DNA from: Malacoraja senta
Taxonomy: Eukaryota
Length of the DNA: 64,000 nt
Direction: 5' to 3'
NCBI GenBank assembly: GCA_038087875.1
Contig: CM076000.1
Span: forward strand, 1,736,001 to 1,800,000
Shown piece after piece: positions 48,150 through 60,093 of the stretch. Position numbers and translations under genes: made by a program. Position 1 is the stretch's first letter, and every line of letters begins with the position of its first letter. A model generated the notes under the pieces. The model worked only from the letters and a program-made list of their open reading frames with translations, was not told where the DNA came from and made no database searches.

Positions 48150-48600
48150 AGAAAAATAATTGCTGGAAATCTGAAATAAAAGGCTGCTGGAAACACTAGC
48201 AGATCAGACAGCATCTGGGTAGAGAGAGAAAAACTGAGCTCATGTTTCCAATGACATTGTATTGGAAGTTGCCAGTTTTGACAATAACAGGAAGGACTGT
48301 TTATCTGAAATTGTTGAATTTGGTATTGAATCATGAGGGCTGCAATATATTTGTCTGACGATGGAGTGCTGTTCATCAAGTCTACATGTGTCTTTGTTGG
48401 AACAGCATAAGAGGCCAAGCAGTCCCTAAGCTATTTAGAGGGATGGAGAATTAAAGTCACAGGGGACTGGGAGTTGAGGGTCACCCTTGTGGACTGTGAT
48501 AAGATGTTCTGCAAAGCAGTGATCCCATTTGCATTTGATTTTTTACCCACTGTAGCGGAAAAACACATTGTGAGCACCAAATGAAATACATTAGATTAGA
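48150..48600 (-). mobile_element. Old Penelope-like fragment (GIY-YIG C-terminus + 3' end)
   Basis: GCTGCTGGAAACACTAGCAGATCAGACAGCATCTG terminus; reverse complement shows a degenerate RLDEQH segment. Confidence 0.5.
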
Positions 48601-48609
48601 AGAGCAAAT

Positions 48610-48887
48610 TAGTTTAGTTTAGTGATACAGGATGGAAGCTTCGTCCCACCGATCACCCTGTACACTAGTTCTATCCTGCAAACTAGGGACAATTTATAGA
48701 AACCAATTAACCTACAAACCTGCATGTTTTCAGAATGTGGGTGGAAACTAGAGCACCCGGAGAAAACCTACACAGTCACAAGGAGAACGTACAAACTCCG
48801 TACAGACAGCACAGTACCGTACAGGATCAAGCCCCGGTCTCTGGCACTGTAAGGCAGCAACGCTACCGCTGCGCCACCGTGTGCCAC
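48610..48887 (-). mobile_element. HE1-like SINE
   Basis: (TTTAG)n tail ... ACCGCTGCGCCACCGTG head. Confidence 0.8.
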
Positions 48888-49034
48888 TAATTGCTGGTTC
48901 ACCTGGAAAGATGATTTGCGACCTTGGAAAGTAGACAGGGATAATCTAAAAGAGCAGTGGTCTATCACGTTCCACATAACTGTGCGAACTTATATAACCA
49001 ATTATAAAGCTACCTGCAATTGAAAAAAAACATG

Positions 49035-49234
49035 TAGACACAAAGAACTGCAGATGCTGGTTTACCAAGGAAAGAAGCAAAATGCTGGAGTAACTCAGTG
49101 GGCTAGGCAGCATCCATGGAGAACGTGGATAAGCAACACTTTGGCCGGGACCCTTCAGACATAATGAAGAAGGCTCCAAACCCAAAACGTCACCTATCCA
49201 TGTTCTGTTGGGATGCTTCCTGACATACTGAGTT
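49035..49234. mobile_element. Inverted pair of Penelope-like terminal fragments
   Basis: GAACTGCAGATGCTGG..GGAGTAACTCAGTG / ..CTGAGTTA; ATGAAGAAGGCTCCAAACCCAAAACGTCACC. Confidence 0.7.
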
Positions 49235-49720
49235 AGTTTAATTTAGTTAATTGTCATGTGTACTGAGGTACATTGAAAAGCTTTTTGTTGCGTACTAACT
49301 AGTTAATGGAAAGACTATTCATGATTACAATCAAACCGTCCACAGTGTACATATAAATGATAAAGGGAATAATGTTTATTGCAAGGTAAAGTCCAGTAAA
49401 GTCTGATTAAAGATAGTCTGAGGGTCTTCAATGAGGTTGATGGTAGCTCAGGACCAATCTCAAGTGTTGGTAGGATGGTTCAGCTGCCAGATAACAGCTG
49501 GGAAGAAACTGTCCCTGAATCTGGAGGTGTGTGTTTTCACACTTCTGTACCTCTTACCTGATGGGAGAGGGGAGAAGAGGGAGTGACCAGGGTGAGACTC
49601 CTTGATTATGCTGGTGGCCTTGCTGAATCAGCGTGATTGTAGATGGAGTCAATGAAAGGCAGGTTGGTTTGCATGATGGTCTGGGCTGCATCCACAATTC
49701 CCTGCAATTTCTTGTGGTCT
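49232..49720 (-). mobile_element. Rex1/Babar-type LINE 3' fragment
   Basis: Reverse complement encodes HPGHSLFSPLPSGKRYRSVKTHTSRFRDSFFPAVI. Confidence 0.8.
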
Positions 49721-49909
49721 TGCATTTTGTGTTCTACTATTGAAAAACTATTATCTCCTTGCAGGATTCTACCATTTAATTTGTGGTATTACTCCGCGCA
49801 TTTTCCTCTCCATTTCATTAACTGTTTCTTTAATGGTGTTATTTTCCATTGCTCTACTACCGTCGTGTTTTTGATGGATAATATTGTTTGGGTAAATAAG
49901 ATTATTTCT

Positions 49910-50530
49910 GGCAAAAATCAACTTGCTGGAGGATTTCGACCAGCTGAGCAGCATCTATGGCAGTGGGGGAGGAGGGGAGGTAAATTGGTCGAGACCCACC
50001 ATCAGGTCTGTGCGTGGAAAGGGAAGATAGCCATGTAGAGGCGAAGGGGAGGGCTGAGCCAGTGGCAAGTGGTCCAAGGAGGGGTACAGGATGTTGGGCA
50101 GATGAAGCCAGATGGAGGGAGGGGGAGGGCTGGAGTTTGGAGCCAGAGGGGTGACAGGTGGAAGCAGACAAGTAATAAAAGGAAAGAAAGCAAATGGACT
50201 CAGGTGAGAGGAAGGTAGAGTGAAGGTGGAAATAAAAACTGGAGGGTGATAAGCAATGACAGAAAGGCTACGAGTGCAGGAGTCTGATAAGTAAGCAAGG
50301 TGATAATGAGAACCATTAATGGGGAGGTAAGAGCTAATTGGGGTTGTGGTGGTGTGGTGCAGGGATTCAGTGGGTGAAATGGGTGGGCAGTCGGGAAATG
50401 GAACCAGGAAGGGGATGGGTCGGAAATGGGTGATGTGAGATGGAGGGAATTATGAGAAAGGGAACAAACATGGGAGAAGCGGAGGTGGATTAGAAGGAGA
50501 AAGAGATAGCGGAAAAAAAAAGAGGAAAGA
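49910..50530 (-). mobile_element. Diverged Penelope-like 3' region (purine-rich on +)
   Basis: TTGCTGGAGGATTT..GAGCAGCATCTATGG start and long GA-rich tract like 54524-54710. Confidence 0.45.
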
Positions 50531-50631
50531 AAATCACAGGAGATTTACGAGGATGTTGATGGAGCTCAAGGGCCTGAGTTATCGGGAGAGGTTGAGCTGG
50601 CTGGGACTCTCTTCTTTGGAGTGCAGGAGTG

Positions 50632-51530
50632 TTTTAGTTAAATTTTAGTTTATTGGGTTGTGTATGTGTGGGGTGGGGGGGTGAAACATGACTTTTGTCT
50701 CTTCCTTCGGGGGAATGCGACTTTTTCTTGTCGTATCCCCCTTCTCTGCCTCCGTCTGCGCTGAGGCCAAAATGGCGGAGCTGCCGGCCTCCAACTCCAA
50801 CTGCGAGCGACCGACCGACCTCGAGGCTCCGGAGGCAGAGCCAGGACTTACCAGCGCGAGGCTGGCCAACTTCGGGGCTGCGGTGGCGTTCCGGCAGTGG
50901 CGACCGAGGACACTGGTGGCGATCTGAATCCGGAGGCTCGGCCGCAGCTGGCCCAGTGGACGACATCTTCGGGAGCGCGAGGCTGGCCAACTTCGGGGCT
51001 GCGGTGGCGTTCCGGCGGTGGCGACCGAGGACACTGGTGGCGACCTGAATCCGGAGGCTCGGCCGCGGGCCCAGTGGACGACATCGTCGGGAGCGCGCAG
51101 GTCACAGGTTGGTGACCTGTTTTTCTGGGGCTCCCGCAACTACAGCTGCGTCCGCTGGACTGGAGGGCGGCAGCTTCGGCAGCTTCGACCACCCCGGGCC
51201 GCGGAGTTTGAGCTGGCCCGTCGCGGAGCACGGATTCGGCCGCGGGACTGGCTTACCGTCGCCCGGCGGGGTCACAGCATCAGAAGCCTGGATCGCCTCA
51301 GCGCAGAGGGAGAACAAAGCGGGAAGAGACAGAGACTTTAAGACTTTTGCCTCCATCACAGTGAGGAGGTGCCTGGTGAACTCACTGTGGTGGATGTTAA
51401 TTTGTGTTTATTGTGTGTTTTGTCATTTATTATTATATGTATGACTGCAGGCAACGAAATTTTGTTCAGACCGAAAGGTCTGAATGACAAATAAAGGAAT
51501 CTCTAATCTCTAATCTCTCTCTAATCTCTA
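50632..51530 (+). mobile_element. GC-rich non-coding retroposon with 121-bp internal tandem duplication
   Basis: Repeat units start at 50853 and 50974; 3' hairpins; AATGACAAATAAA followed by (AATCTCT)n. Confidence 0.75.
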
Positions 51531-52070
51531 ATAGACAATAGACAATAGGTGCAGGAGTAGACCATACGGCCCTTCGAGCCAGCACCGCCATTCAATGTGA
51601 TCATGGTTGATCATCCCCAATCAGTACCCCGTTCCTGCCTTCTCCCCATATCCCCTGACTCCGCTATCTTTAAGAGCCCTATCTAGCTCTCTCTTGAAAG
51701 TATCCAGAGAACCGGCCTCCACCGCCCTCTGAGGCAGAGAATTCCACAGACTCACAACTCTCTGTGTGAAAAAGTGTTTCCTCATCTCCGTTCTAAATGG
51801 CTTACCCCTTTTTCTTAAACTGTGGCCCCTGGTTCTGGACTCCCCCAACATCGGGAACATTTCCTGCTTCTAGAGTGTCTAAACCCTTAATAATCTTATA
51901 CGTTTCAATAAGATCCTAAGATCCCCTCTCATCCTTATAAATTCCAGAGTATACAAGCTCAGCCGCTCCATTCTCTCAGCATATGACAGTCCCGCTATCC
52001 CGGGAATTAACCTTGTAAACTTACGCTGCACTTCCTCAATAGCAAGAATGTCCTTCTTCAAATTAGGGAA
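51530..52070 (-). mobile_element. CR1 3' fragment
   Basis: ORFs 51879..52061 and 51621..51860 (-); (CTATTGT)n tail. Confidence 0.9.
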
Positions 52071-52384
52071 CCAGAGGACATAGGTTTAAGGTGAAGGGGG
52101 ATAGATTTAATAGGAACCTAAGGGGTATTTTTTGTTACACAAAGGATGGTGGGTGTATGAAACAAGCTGCCGAAGGAGGTAGTTGAGGCAAGTACTAACG
52201 CAACATTTAAGAAACATTTAGACAAGTACATGGATAGGACAGGTTTAGAGGGATATGGGCCAAACACAGGCAGGTGGAACTAGTGTAGATGGGGCATGTT
52301 GGCTGGTGTGGGCAAGTTGGGCCAAAAGGCCTGTTTCCATGCTGTATGATTATGACTCTATAAGTGTTACCTGAAACTTTTCAA

Positions 52385-53258
52385 CTTTATTTTTTATTTT
52401 TAGTATGTTTTAAAATGTGTAATTAATGTTTCTTTGTATGTCTTGTGTGGGGGGTGGTGTGGGGGGGTAAGGGGGAAACCGCTTCGGTCGCCTCCTCCAT
52501 GGAGAGGCGACTTTTTCCAGGTCGCCTCCCCCGTGGCCTAACATCAAGGATCGGCGCGGCCTTTCCCGGAGACGTGCCCGGGCTTCAGCGGCGGGCGCAG
52601 CGTGGACTCTCGGCGTGGAGCGGGTGAACCCTCGCTGGGGCTCGCTGGAGGGGAGCGCTCCGTTTCGCTGGCCCGGGGCAGCCGGCAGCCTGAAGTCGCA
52701 GCCTGAAGCCGCGGTCTGCAAAGCTCCAGCTGGTGCGGCGTCTACAGCCCGGGATCCCTCTTGGGGGACCCGGGGGAAGAAGAAGAAGCCATCATTGCCG
52801 GCCCGCGGCCAACTTCTACCGCGGGGCCGGCATGGACTTACCATCACCCCTGGAGGGGAGCTTCGACCGCCGGCCCTGCAGTCTACGGTGCTTCTGGCTG
52901 CGGCAGGGAACCTTAAATCTTGACCGCCGGCCTGCGGCCCACAACAATCTAAAGCCGCGGTCTCCGGTGAGGAAGAGCCGATCCTGGACTGACTTGGACT
53001 CTGGTCCTGTCCACGGGGGGGAAATGGAGGAGGACTGGCCAAATTTTTGTGCCTTCCACCACAGTGATGAATGCTGTGGTGGATGTTTGTGTTACTTTTT
53101 GTGTGTTCTTTTTTATTGTATCGCTGCTGACAACCCAATCCATTGCCGGGTCGCTGCTCATGCGGTCGACCGGTCGGTGCAGATTAAATGTATTGTTTGT
53201 TTAAATTGCCCCTCGGGGACAAATAAAGTGCTTGGTAATTGGTAATTGGTAATTGGTA
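52385..53258 (+). mobile_element. GC-rich non-coding retroposon (distinct subfamily)
   Basis: T-rich tract, G-run + GAAAC, hairpins, ACAAATAAA followed by (TTGGTAA)n tail. Confidence 0.7.
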
Positions 53259-53899
53259 TCACTGGGTTAGTTTAGGTTTATGATTGTCTTTTATACTGAG
53301 GTGCATTGAAAAGCTTTGTTTTACATGCTATCCGATGAGTTATAGACTACCCAGGTGGAACAAGGGTTGGTGTTATAGCTTGCACAGGACCTCGTCCTAC
53401 CAGTGGAGATGGCTGAGGATTGACAGGTTAGTGTGGGAGCCAGCAGATAAGTTGAAAGGGCATGAAACAAGGAGCTCCAGATCATAACTGCGGACATTAC
53501 GCAGGTGCATAGTTAGTTCTCAGCTCATTTCTAGATCTTGCACAGATTCCAAGCTGAATATCCACAAAAGTCCTCCTTTCACCATATGTCCTTCTTTAGC
53601 CAACTTAAAGAGCTCATCAGCTCAAACATGCAGTGAGTTGAACAGGCTTGTTCTAAGTATTCACTATTTGTTCCTAAATGAATAGGAATGCTGGGATGAG
53701 GTGAATCGCTTTAAGTGATTAGCTACATTATCTGTGTTTTCAGTCTAGTTTTCAAAGCTTTGGCAACATAGTTTAAGAGTGCTAGGTACTGTGAATTCTT
53801 TCAGCTGTTTTGCATATTTCACTGATCAAGTAATATTCTTTGCACTCAGTCAGTGGAAGAACTTGATGCCCTCATTGCTTTCAATAATCTTTCTTTGAC

Positions 53900-54157
53900 G
53901 TAGTTTAGTTTAGATACAGCGTGGAAACAGGTCCTTCGGCTCACCGTGTCCACGCTGACCATTGACCCATGCCACTAGTTCTATCCTACACAGTAGGTCC
54001 AATTAACCTACAAACCGGCATGTCTTCGGAATGTGGGAGGAAACCGGAGCACCCAGAGACAACCCACGTGGTCACAGGGAGAAGCTACAAACTCCGAAAC
54101 CGACAGCACCCGTAGTCAGGATAGAATCACAGTGGATCTCTATGTCACTGTGTCGCC
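53900..54157 (-). mobile_element. HE1-like SINE
   Basis: (TTTAG)n, GGAAACAGGTCCTTCGGC, GGGAGGAAACCGGAGCACCC. Confidence 0.8.
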
Positions 54158-54489
54158 TAAAATTACATCTTTAAGCACATTATTGAACGTAAATTCCTAT
54201 CAAAATTGAGGTTACAATCTCCCAATTTAGCTGCCTTAAATTGTTTTTAATTGTAGAATACTGCAGCTTTATGATATCTTCAATATGACTACCTATGTGT
54301 ATACATGGACTACATTTGTTGAGGTCACTGTGTTAATGTGCTGTGGGCTATTATAGAGTCTCCCATCTTTTATAGTGACCAAACTCTAGATGAAAACTCA
54401 TAATAATTTTCAGATCCAATGTTTTCAGCTATATGAGGATCAATGCATTTTGCATGTGTCTACCCAAGCTACTTATTTTCAGTTTGTTT

Positions 54490-54909
54490 AAGAAGGAACT
54501 GCAGATGCTGGAAAATCGAAGGGAGACAAAAATGCTGGAGAAACTCAGCGGGTGAGGCAGCATCTATGGAGCGAAGGAAATAGGCAACGTTTCGGGTTGA
54601 GACCCTTCTTCAGACTGATGTGAGGGTGGGGGGGGGGGGGGGGCGGGAAGAAGAAAGGAAGAGGTGAAGCCAGTGGGCTGAGGGAGAGCTTAGAAGGGGA
54701 GGAGAAAGTAGGGACTACCTGAAATACTTTCTCCTCCCCTTCTCAGCTCTCCCTCAGCCCCCTGACTCCACCTCTTCCTTTCTTCTTCCCGCCCTCCCCC
54801 CCCCACCCTCACATCAGTCTGAAGAAGGGTTTCGACCAGAAATGTTGCCTATTTCTGCTCTATAGATGCTGCCTCGCCCGCTGAGTTTCTCCAGCATTTT
54901 TGTCTACCT
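54490..54909. mobile_element. Penelope-like foldback insertion (~185-bp inverted repeat, 14-nt spacer)
   Basis: Arms 54524-54710 and 54725-54905 are reverse complements; each carries a hammerhead motif. Confidence 0.85.
54583..54616 (-). ncRNA. Minimal type I hammerhead ribozyme motif (Penelope-associated)
   Basis: Reverse complement AGT-CTGAAGA-A-GGG-TCTCAA-CCC-GAAAC-GTT-GCC: CUGANGA, stem II, GAAA, palindromic ACGT, NUH. Confidence 0.6.
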
Positions 54910-55176
54910 ACTTATTTTCAGGATATGGGAAGAAAACAGAGCACCTGGCACTTGAACGAAATTTGCCGGAAGATGATAAAATAATTCACATGGTACCAAT
55001 GACCAGGTTTGAAGCGACTCATAGGAGCTGTGGGACATCAGTTTTATTAGTTGCGCTATTGTGCAGCCTGTATTGACGTTACATAGTGCAAGACCCATAT
55101 ATGATGTATCAGAACAAATTCGCCAACAATAGTATCTACTACACTGCAACAGGCATGATCTCTGGAGAACATGGAT

Positions 55177-55210
55177 AGTTGACGTTTCGGATCGAGACCC
55201 TTCTTCAGAC
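55177..55210 (-). ncRNA. Minimal type I hammerhead ribozyme motif
   Basis: Reverse complement GT-CTGAAGA-A-GGG-TCTCGA-TCC-GAAAC-GTC-AACT. Confidence 0.55.
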
Positions 55211-55915
55211 ACAACCTTGCTAGGTTAGTTGGCCAGTCTAAATTGTCCTCAATGTGTGAGTGACTGGTAGAATCTGAGGGCAGTCAATTTAATTGTGTAA
55301 GAATAAAATAGGTTTAGTTTACGATTAGTTGTAAATGAATGTTTGTAGACCTTCACAGATCTGGTTTAGCTTAATATTCGCGATAAATGAATGCTTGATG
55401 ATCTGCACAGACCTTGCAGGCTGGGTCCCATTATATGACTCCAACACCCAAAATGGGGTATTTATTGTTTTTTTTCTTTATTTCCTGCATTTGTTAATAT
55501 CACCGTTCTACAGATGTTTCCAAGAGATTTCATATAATATTAATTATGCATCAAATTAATTTCAGTTACACCAATTGATCTGTATATACGTTTGCTATCT
55601 TTATTGTTGTCAATAACTGGGTACATAATACATGTACCCCAACTCATTAAATCATATGATGGTTATTTGCAGAGTAACATGTGGGAACAAATATAAAACC
55701 AAAAATTTATTCGACATGAACAGGTACACGGATAAGAAGGGATTCAAGGGATATGTGCGAAACTCAGGCAAATCGGACTAACTTAGATGGGGCATCTTAG
55801 CCTGACGCTATGTCCGAGGACGCCGAAAAGCAGCAGCGGAACAACCCATCTTTCCCTTCAGCCAGCGTGATAGAGCCGGCGCGTCAACGGCCTGTCGGCC
55901 CGCAGCCCCATTGAG

Positions 55916-56047
55916 GGCGTACACAGCGTCTTGACGGACGTATGCAGCGTCTTGACGGCGTACGCCGCCTACGCCGTCAAAACGCTGCGTACGACGTAGA
56001 GGCGCTGCGTACGGCCGTCCAGACGCTGCCTACGCCGTCAAGACACT
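55916..56047. repeat. CpG-rich ~20-bp unit in direct then inverted copies
   Basis: CGTAYRCAGCGTCTTGACGG twice, followed by about three reverse-complement copies (CCGTCAARACGCTGCGTACG). Confidence 0.7.
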
Positions 56048-56079
56048 GAAGCACGTTCGGGAACCAGACCCCGTGGTCT

Positions 56080-56083
56080 GAAG

Positions 56084-56142
<59 letters not shown>

Positions 56143-57182
56143 TGTGAGTGTGAGTGTGTGTGCGTGCGTGTGATTTTGCCTTTGATTCGTTACTCCGCCA
56201 AAAACCAGATGCAAAAACGCAGAGATTTTTACCATTTCGCTAGCGATTTTACTTTTACATTCGCATATCCACACCTCATTAAATTTGGTCATTTTTCTGT
56301 ACACATTTTCAATAAAATCCTTCACAAAACTTACTGCCTTTAAATCAGCATCTGCGGACGTCACAATGCCCTTGCGCTCGCGGCACCGCCACCCGCTCTC
56401 GATTAAAGCAGATGTTCTCAACGTGCAGGCGCACTTTCCACCACCCCCCCCCCCCACAGGGGCCACCTTCTCATCGCTTGCCCCGTGCGACAATAACGAC
56501 GGCTGCTGCTGCTGCTGCCGCCCGCCTCTCCTCCACTTCCCCCCCCCCCGGCCCAGCTCTGTCGGCTCTTCTCCACTTCCCCCCCCCCCCCCGGCCCGGC
56601 TCTGTCACGCTGGTGGAAGCCACAGATCGGCTGATTCCCCCGCTGCTTTTCACTGTCCTCACATCGCTCCGTGCCTTGCTCGCGGCCCGCAGGCTCACTC
56701 GGGACCACGCCCGCCCGCCCACTCCACCCTCCCCCCCCCCCCTCTCCCCGTACTCGTTGTCTGAAGAGTTCGGGAATCGGTCCTCTGTGACGACTGGCTC
56801 CGGGGGTACAGAGAGGATGCGCCGAGGATGCGAGGCCATGAAGCTGAGGCTCAATGAGGCCGACGGCTGCTGGACGGCCCTACCCCCCCCCCTCCCTCTC
56901 TACCCCCTCCTGGAGTAGAGGGAGGGCGTGGAGGGGGAGATAGAGAGGGGGAGATAGAGAGGGGGAGGAGGGGCAACAGGAGAGGGGGGGAGTGGGAGGG
57001 GGGAGGTGAGGGGGGAGGGGGCATTCCCTCTCTGCCCGCCCCCTCTATCTCTGCCCCCCTTCCTCTCTGCCCCTCTCTCCCACTCTGCCCCCTCTCCCAC
57101 TCTGCCCCCTCTCCCACTCTGCCCCGCCCCCCCGCAACCGTGCGTTGAAGGGACGGGACCCAACGGGTCCCCCTTTGTCTAG
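56080..57182 (+). mobile_element. Non-autonomous Helitron-like element (3' end clear, 5' end uncertain)
   Basis: Hairpin GGGACCC-AAC-GGGTCCC (57155-57171) 7 nt before terminal CTAG (57179-82), followed by T; internal (TG)n and C/G-rich tracts. Confidence 0.6.
56086..56171. repeat. (TG)n microsatellite
   Basis: Direct reading. Confidence 0.98.
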
Positions 57183-58172
57183 TATAATATAAAGCTTTTC
57201 ACTGTGCCTTGGTGCATGTGACACTAAACTAAATACACAATCAGCACTTTTTTTTTTAATACTAATGGAAATGCCCATTCACTTTACATCAATTTGCTAA
57301 AATTTTACTTAAACCTAGAATATTTTAAATCAATTTGCAAATGGGAGCATCCAGGAATTACTACAATAATATTCAGAAAGTTCCAAGTATTTCAGCTTTA
57401 TGCCTTGAATTCAACAAAACAGTCTGCATGTAATTCTCCAGAGGAATGGCGACACGCAATGCTGCCAAGCTGCTCTGCTCGATTGTATCACTAGTACTGC
57501 GGGGCCTGGTGCCATAAGAGAGCATCGCTTTTTTTAAAAACCTGTCCTCTCCACAAGGTGAAACTCTTTTTCATTGAAATAATCTGAATCTTTTTAATCA
57601 TCTGTCAAAGTCTTCAGCCAGACAATACTCATTTTTGCACAAAAGTTAATGGAAAAAAAGAGTTGAGTCCATCTACAAACCCAATTAAAATATAGCACAG
57701 GTTACTGTTAACTGAAAAATATGCATTAAGATAAATATATCTACACTCCCAATTTAATCATTGACAACGCACCAAAACCTGTTTTAATAAAATGCACAAT
57801 TGAATTAAACAAAAGATAAATGGTTCCCAAATTGTTGTTGGAATCAGCACATTTGCAGATATTTAAATAGAAATAGAAGAAACATCACTTCATGAAAATA
57901 TGTTTAGTCTGAATAGCAGCTATACTATAATACTGCAATATAAAATGGGTTCCGCTATTACAACAAAATAAACTCACTTAATAACAAAAGAGAGTCAAAT
58001 AAGTGTGAATTAAGACAACACACATCTTATAATAAACATATTTATTTTCATGGAAAAACTAAATTTGGAGGCTAAATAACTAAGCAGTAAAGACCGTCCT
58101 TCAAATCCTTAAGTTCTGTTACCATTCCCTGATCACCAACTTCATAATAATGAATCAGTATAATATGCTGTG

Positions 58173-58175
<3 letters not shown>

Positions 58176-58243
<68 letters not shown>
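58176..58243. repeat. (AT)n microsatellite
   Basis: Direct reading. Confidence 0.98.
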
Positions 58244-58251
<8 letters not shown>

Positions 58252-58758
58252 CAGTAATATTCAAGTGCCTGATCTAAATGGCTGCTTGCAAGCCTAGACT
58301 GTGTTGATGAGCTATTAACCCTTGGGGCATCATTACAGAACCAGTTCCCATCATCACCTGACATGCACACGTTTCCCTCTGTAGTCTCCTGATGGAGACA
58401 TTATTGTAATGTTGCACCTTCTAAGAGAGCTCACTCGTTGTAAAATGGCAATCGCAGCTGGAACTACTGCATAGCGCAATTCCACACACATCACATGGCA
58501 GACTCACTTTGTACTGGTATTTTACTTCCAAGGCAGGGATCAAGTAGACTTGTCAACTATAAAATCCAACAGGTCTGTACTATTTATTAACTTTGAGTCT
58601 ATTACACCTATTAATGATAGGAAAAAGAATGACGTCTTAGAAATTCCAGAAATTTAGAAATTAGAATTTAGAAATTATTTGAAGATCATTTACAACAAAA
58701 TCAATAAATAATCTTCTGACTATGGTTCATATTGAAAGCTGAATGTATGTCACATTAA

Positions 58759-59075
58759 GGGTGGCATGGTGGCGCAGTTGTAGAATTGCTGCCTTACAGC
58801 ACCAGAAACCTGGATTCGATTCTGACTATGGGCGAAATCCTGACTATGGGTTCTGTCTGTACGGAGTTTGTACGTTCTCCCTGTGACCGCGTGGGTATTC
58901 CCTGGGTGCTCCAGTTTCCTCACACTCCATAGACGTAAAGGAAACTAGGTTAATTAGCTTCAGTAAAAATTGTAAATTGTCCATAGTGTGTAGGACAGTG
59001 CTAGTGTATGGGGATCGTTGGTCGGCGTGGACTTTGTGGACACAAGAGCCTGTTTCCGCGCTGTATCTCTAAGCT
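58759..59075 (+). mobile_element. HE1-like SINE, full length
   Basis: GGGTGGCATGGTGGCGCAGTTGTAG (A box), GGATTCGATTC (B box), CR1-like tail GCCTGTTTCCGCGCTGTATCTCTAA. Confidence 0.85.
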
Positions 59076-59142
59076 AATCTGCCATCTAACGTGTGAAATT
59101 GTTTCCAGAAGAACACAAACTTCTTGATTCAATATCATGTTG

Positions 59143-59995
59143 GTAGGCAGCGCGATCCACGTCGCAGCGGCCTCTGCAGTCCGTCTGTCTTTTTTTATTT
59201 TCTGTCTCGTTTGAGTATGGTTTATAGTGGTTTTTTTTAAACTGGGTGTGTATGGGGGCGGGGGGTGGGGTGGAGAAACTTTTAAAATCTTTTCCCTGTA
59301 CGGGGGACCCGACCTTTTCTCTGTCGGGTCTCCGTTGTGGTTGGGGCCTAGCACCGTGGAGCGGCCTCCAACCGGAATGACTTGGGGCTCCAGTCGCGGA
59401 GCCTGCGGACTACTCACCATCGCGGAGCTGGCCGGCTTTGGAGCGTGGAGAGCTGTGGTGGCGCACTGCTGCGGCCCGACCCTGGAGATTCGGAGGCTCC
59501 AGCCACCGGCCCGGTGGACGGTGACATCGGGAGCTCGCGGGTCCCTGGTGGGAGACCGCTTTTCGGAGCTCCCGCAACGGCAACTTCTCCCGCCCGAGTT
59601 GCGGGGTTGAAAATGACCTGGAGCGGGGCCTTACATCGCCCGGCGCGGCTTTTAAATGGCCGCGGGACTTGTTAGCGCCCACCGGGGGCGCCAACATCAA
59701 GACCCGGAGCGTGGCCTTGCATCGCCTGGCGTGGCTTTAATGGCCAAGGGACTTATTTACCATCGCCCGCCGGGGGCTTTGACTTTGACATCGGGAGGAG
59801 AATGGGGAGTGCAGGGGAGAGATAAAATTTTGCCTTCCATCACATTGAGGAGGAGATTCGCTGTGATGGATGTTTGTGTAAATTGTGTTGTGTCTTGGTT
59901 CTTTTTCTTGTTTGTATGACTGCAGAAACCAAATTTCGTTTGAACCTCAATGAGGTTCAAATGACAACAAATAAATTGTATCATTGTATTGTATC
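59143..59995 (+). mobile_element. GC-rich non-coding retroposon, apparently full length (~850 bp)
   Basis: GC head, T-tract, G-run, three hairpins, AATTTCG..AATGACAACAAATAAA and (ATTGT)n tail. Confidence 0.75.
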
Positions 59996-60093
59996 AACAT
60001 GTAGCCTATAAACAACTCAACTCATATGCACAAGAAATCATATTGTGTGTTAGTCCACAAAAGAAATACAGTGATATTTAAAAGTTTTGATTA

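Larger units (their letters stand above)
50545..52360 (+). mobile_element. CR1 3' fragment split (50545-50630, 52070-52360) by a GC-rich retroposon and an inverted CR1
   Basis: RFTRML..LSYRERL..LGLSSL, later TRGHRFKVKG and CR1 tail. Confidence 0.65.

Noticed and set aside
52470..52560. HDV-like ribozyme in the GC-rich family (CCTCCTCCATGG...GGCCTAA)
   Set aside because: Could not build the nested double pseudoknot (no independent P1/P2 partners), and the L3-like motif is not kept in other copies.
50634..53245. Many overlapping 100-240 aa ORFs in GC-rich segments (also 6357-6959, 56038-57278, 59001-59984)
   Set aside because: Low-complexity Arg/Pro/Gly/Ala ORFs on both strands, expected from scarce stop codons in GC-rich repeats; no domain recognised.
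55916..56047. CRISPR-like repeat array
   Set aside because: No unique spacers, orientation flips mid-array, vertebrate context, no cas genes.
58759..58830. tRNA genes at SINE heads
   Set aside because: A/B boxes present, but each runs into a SINE body and CR1-like tail; no convincing cloverleaf.
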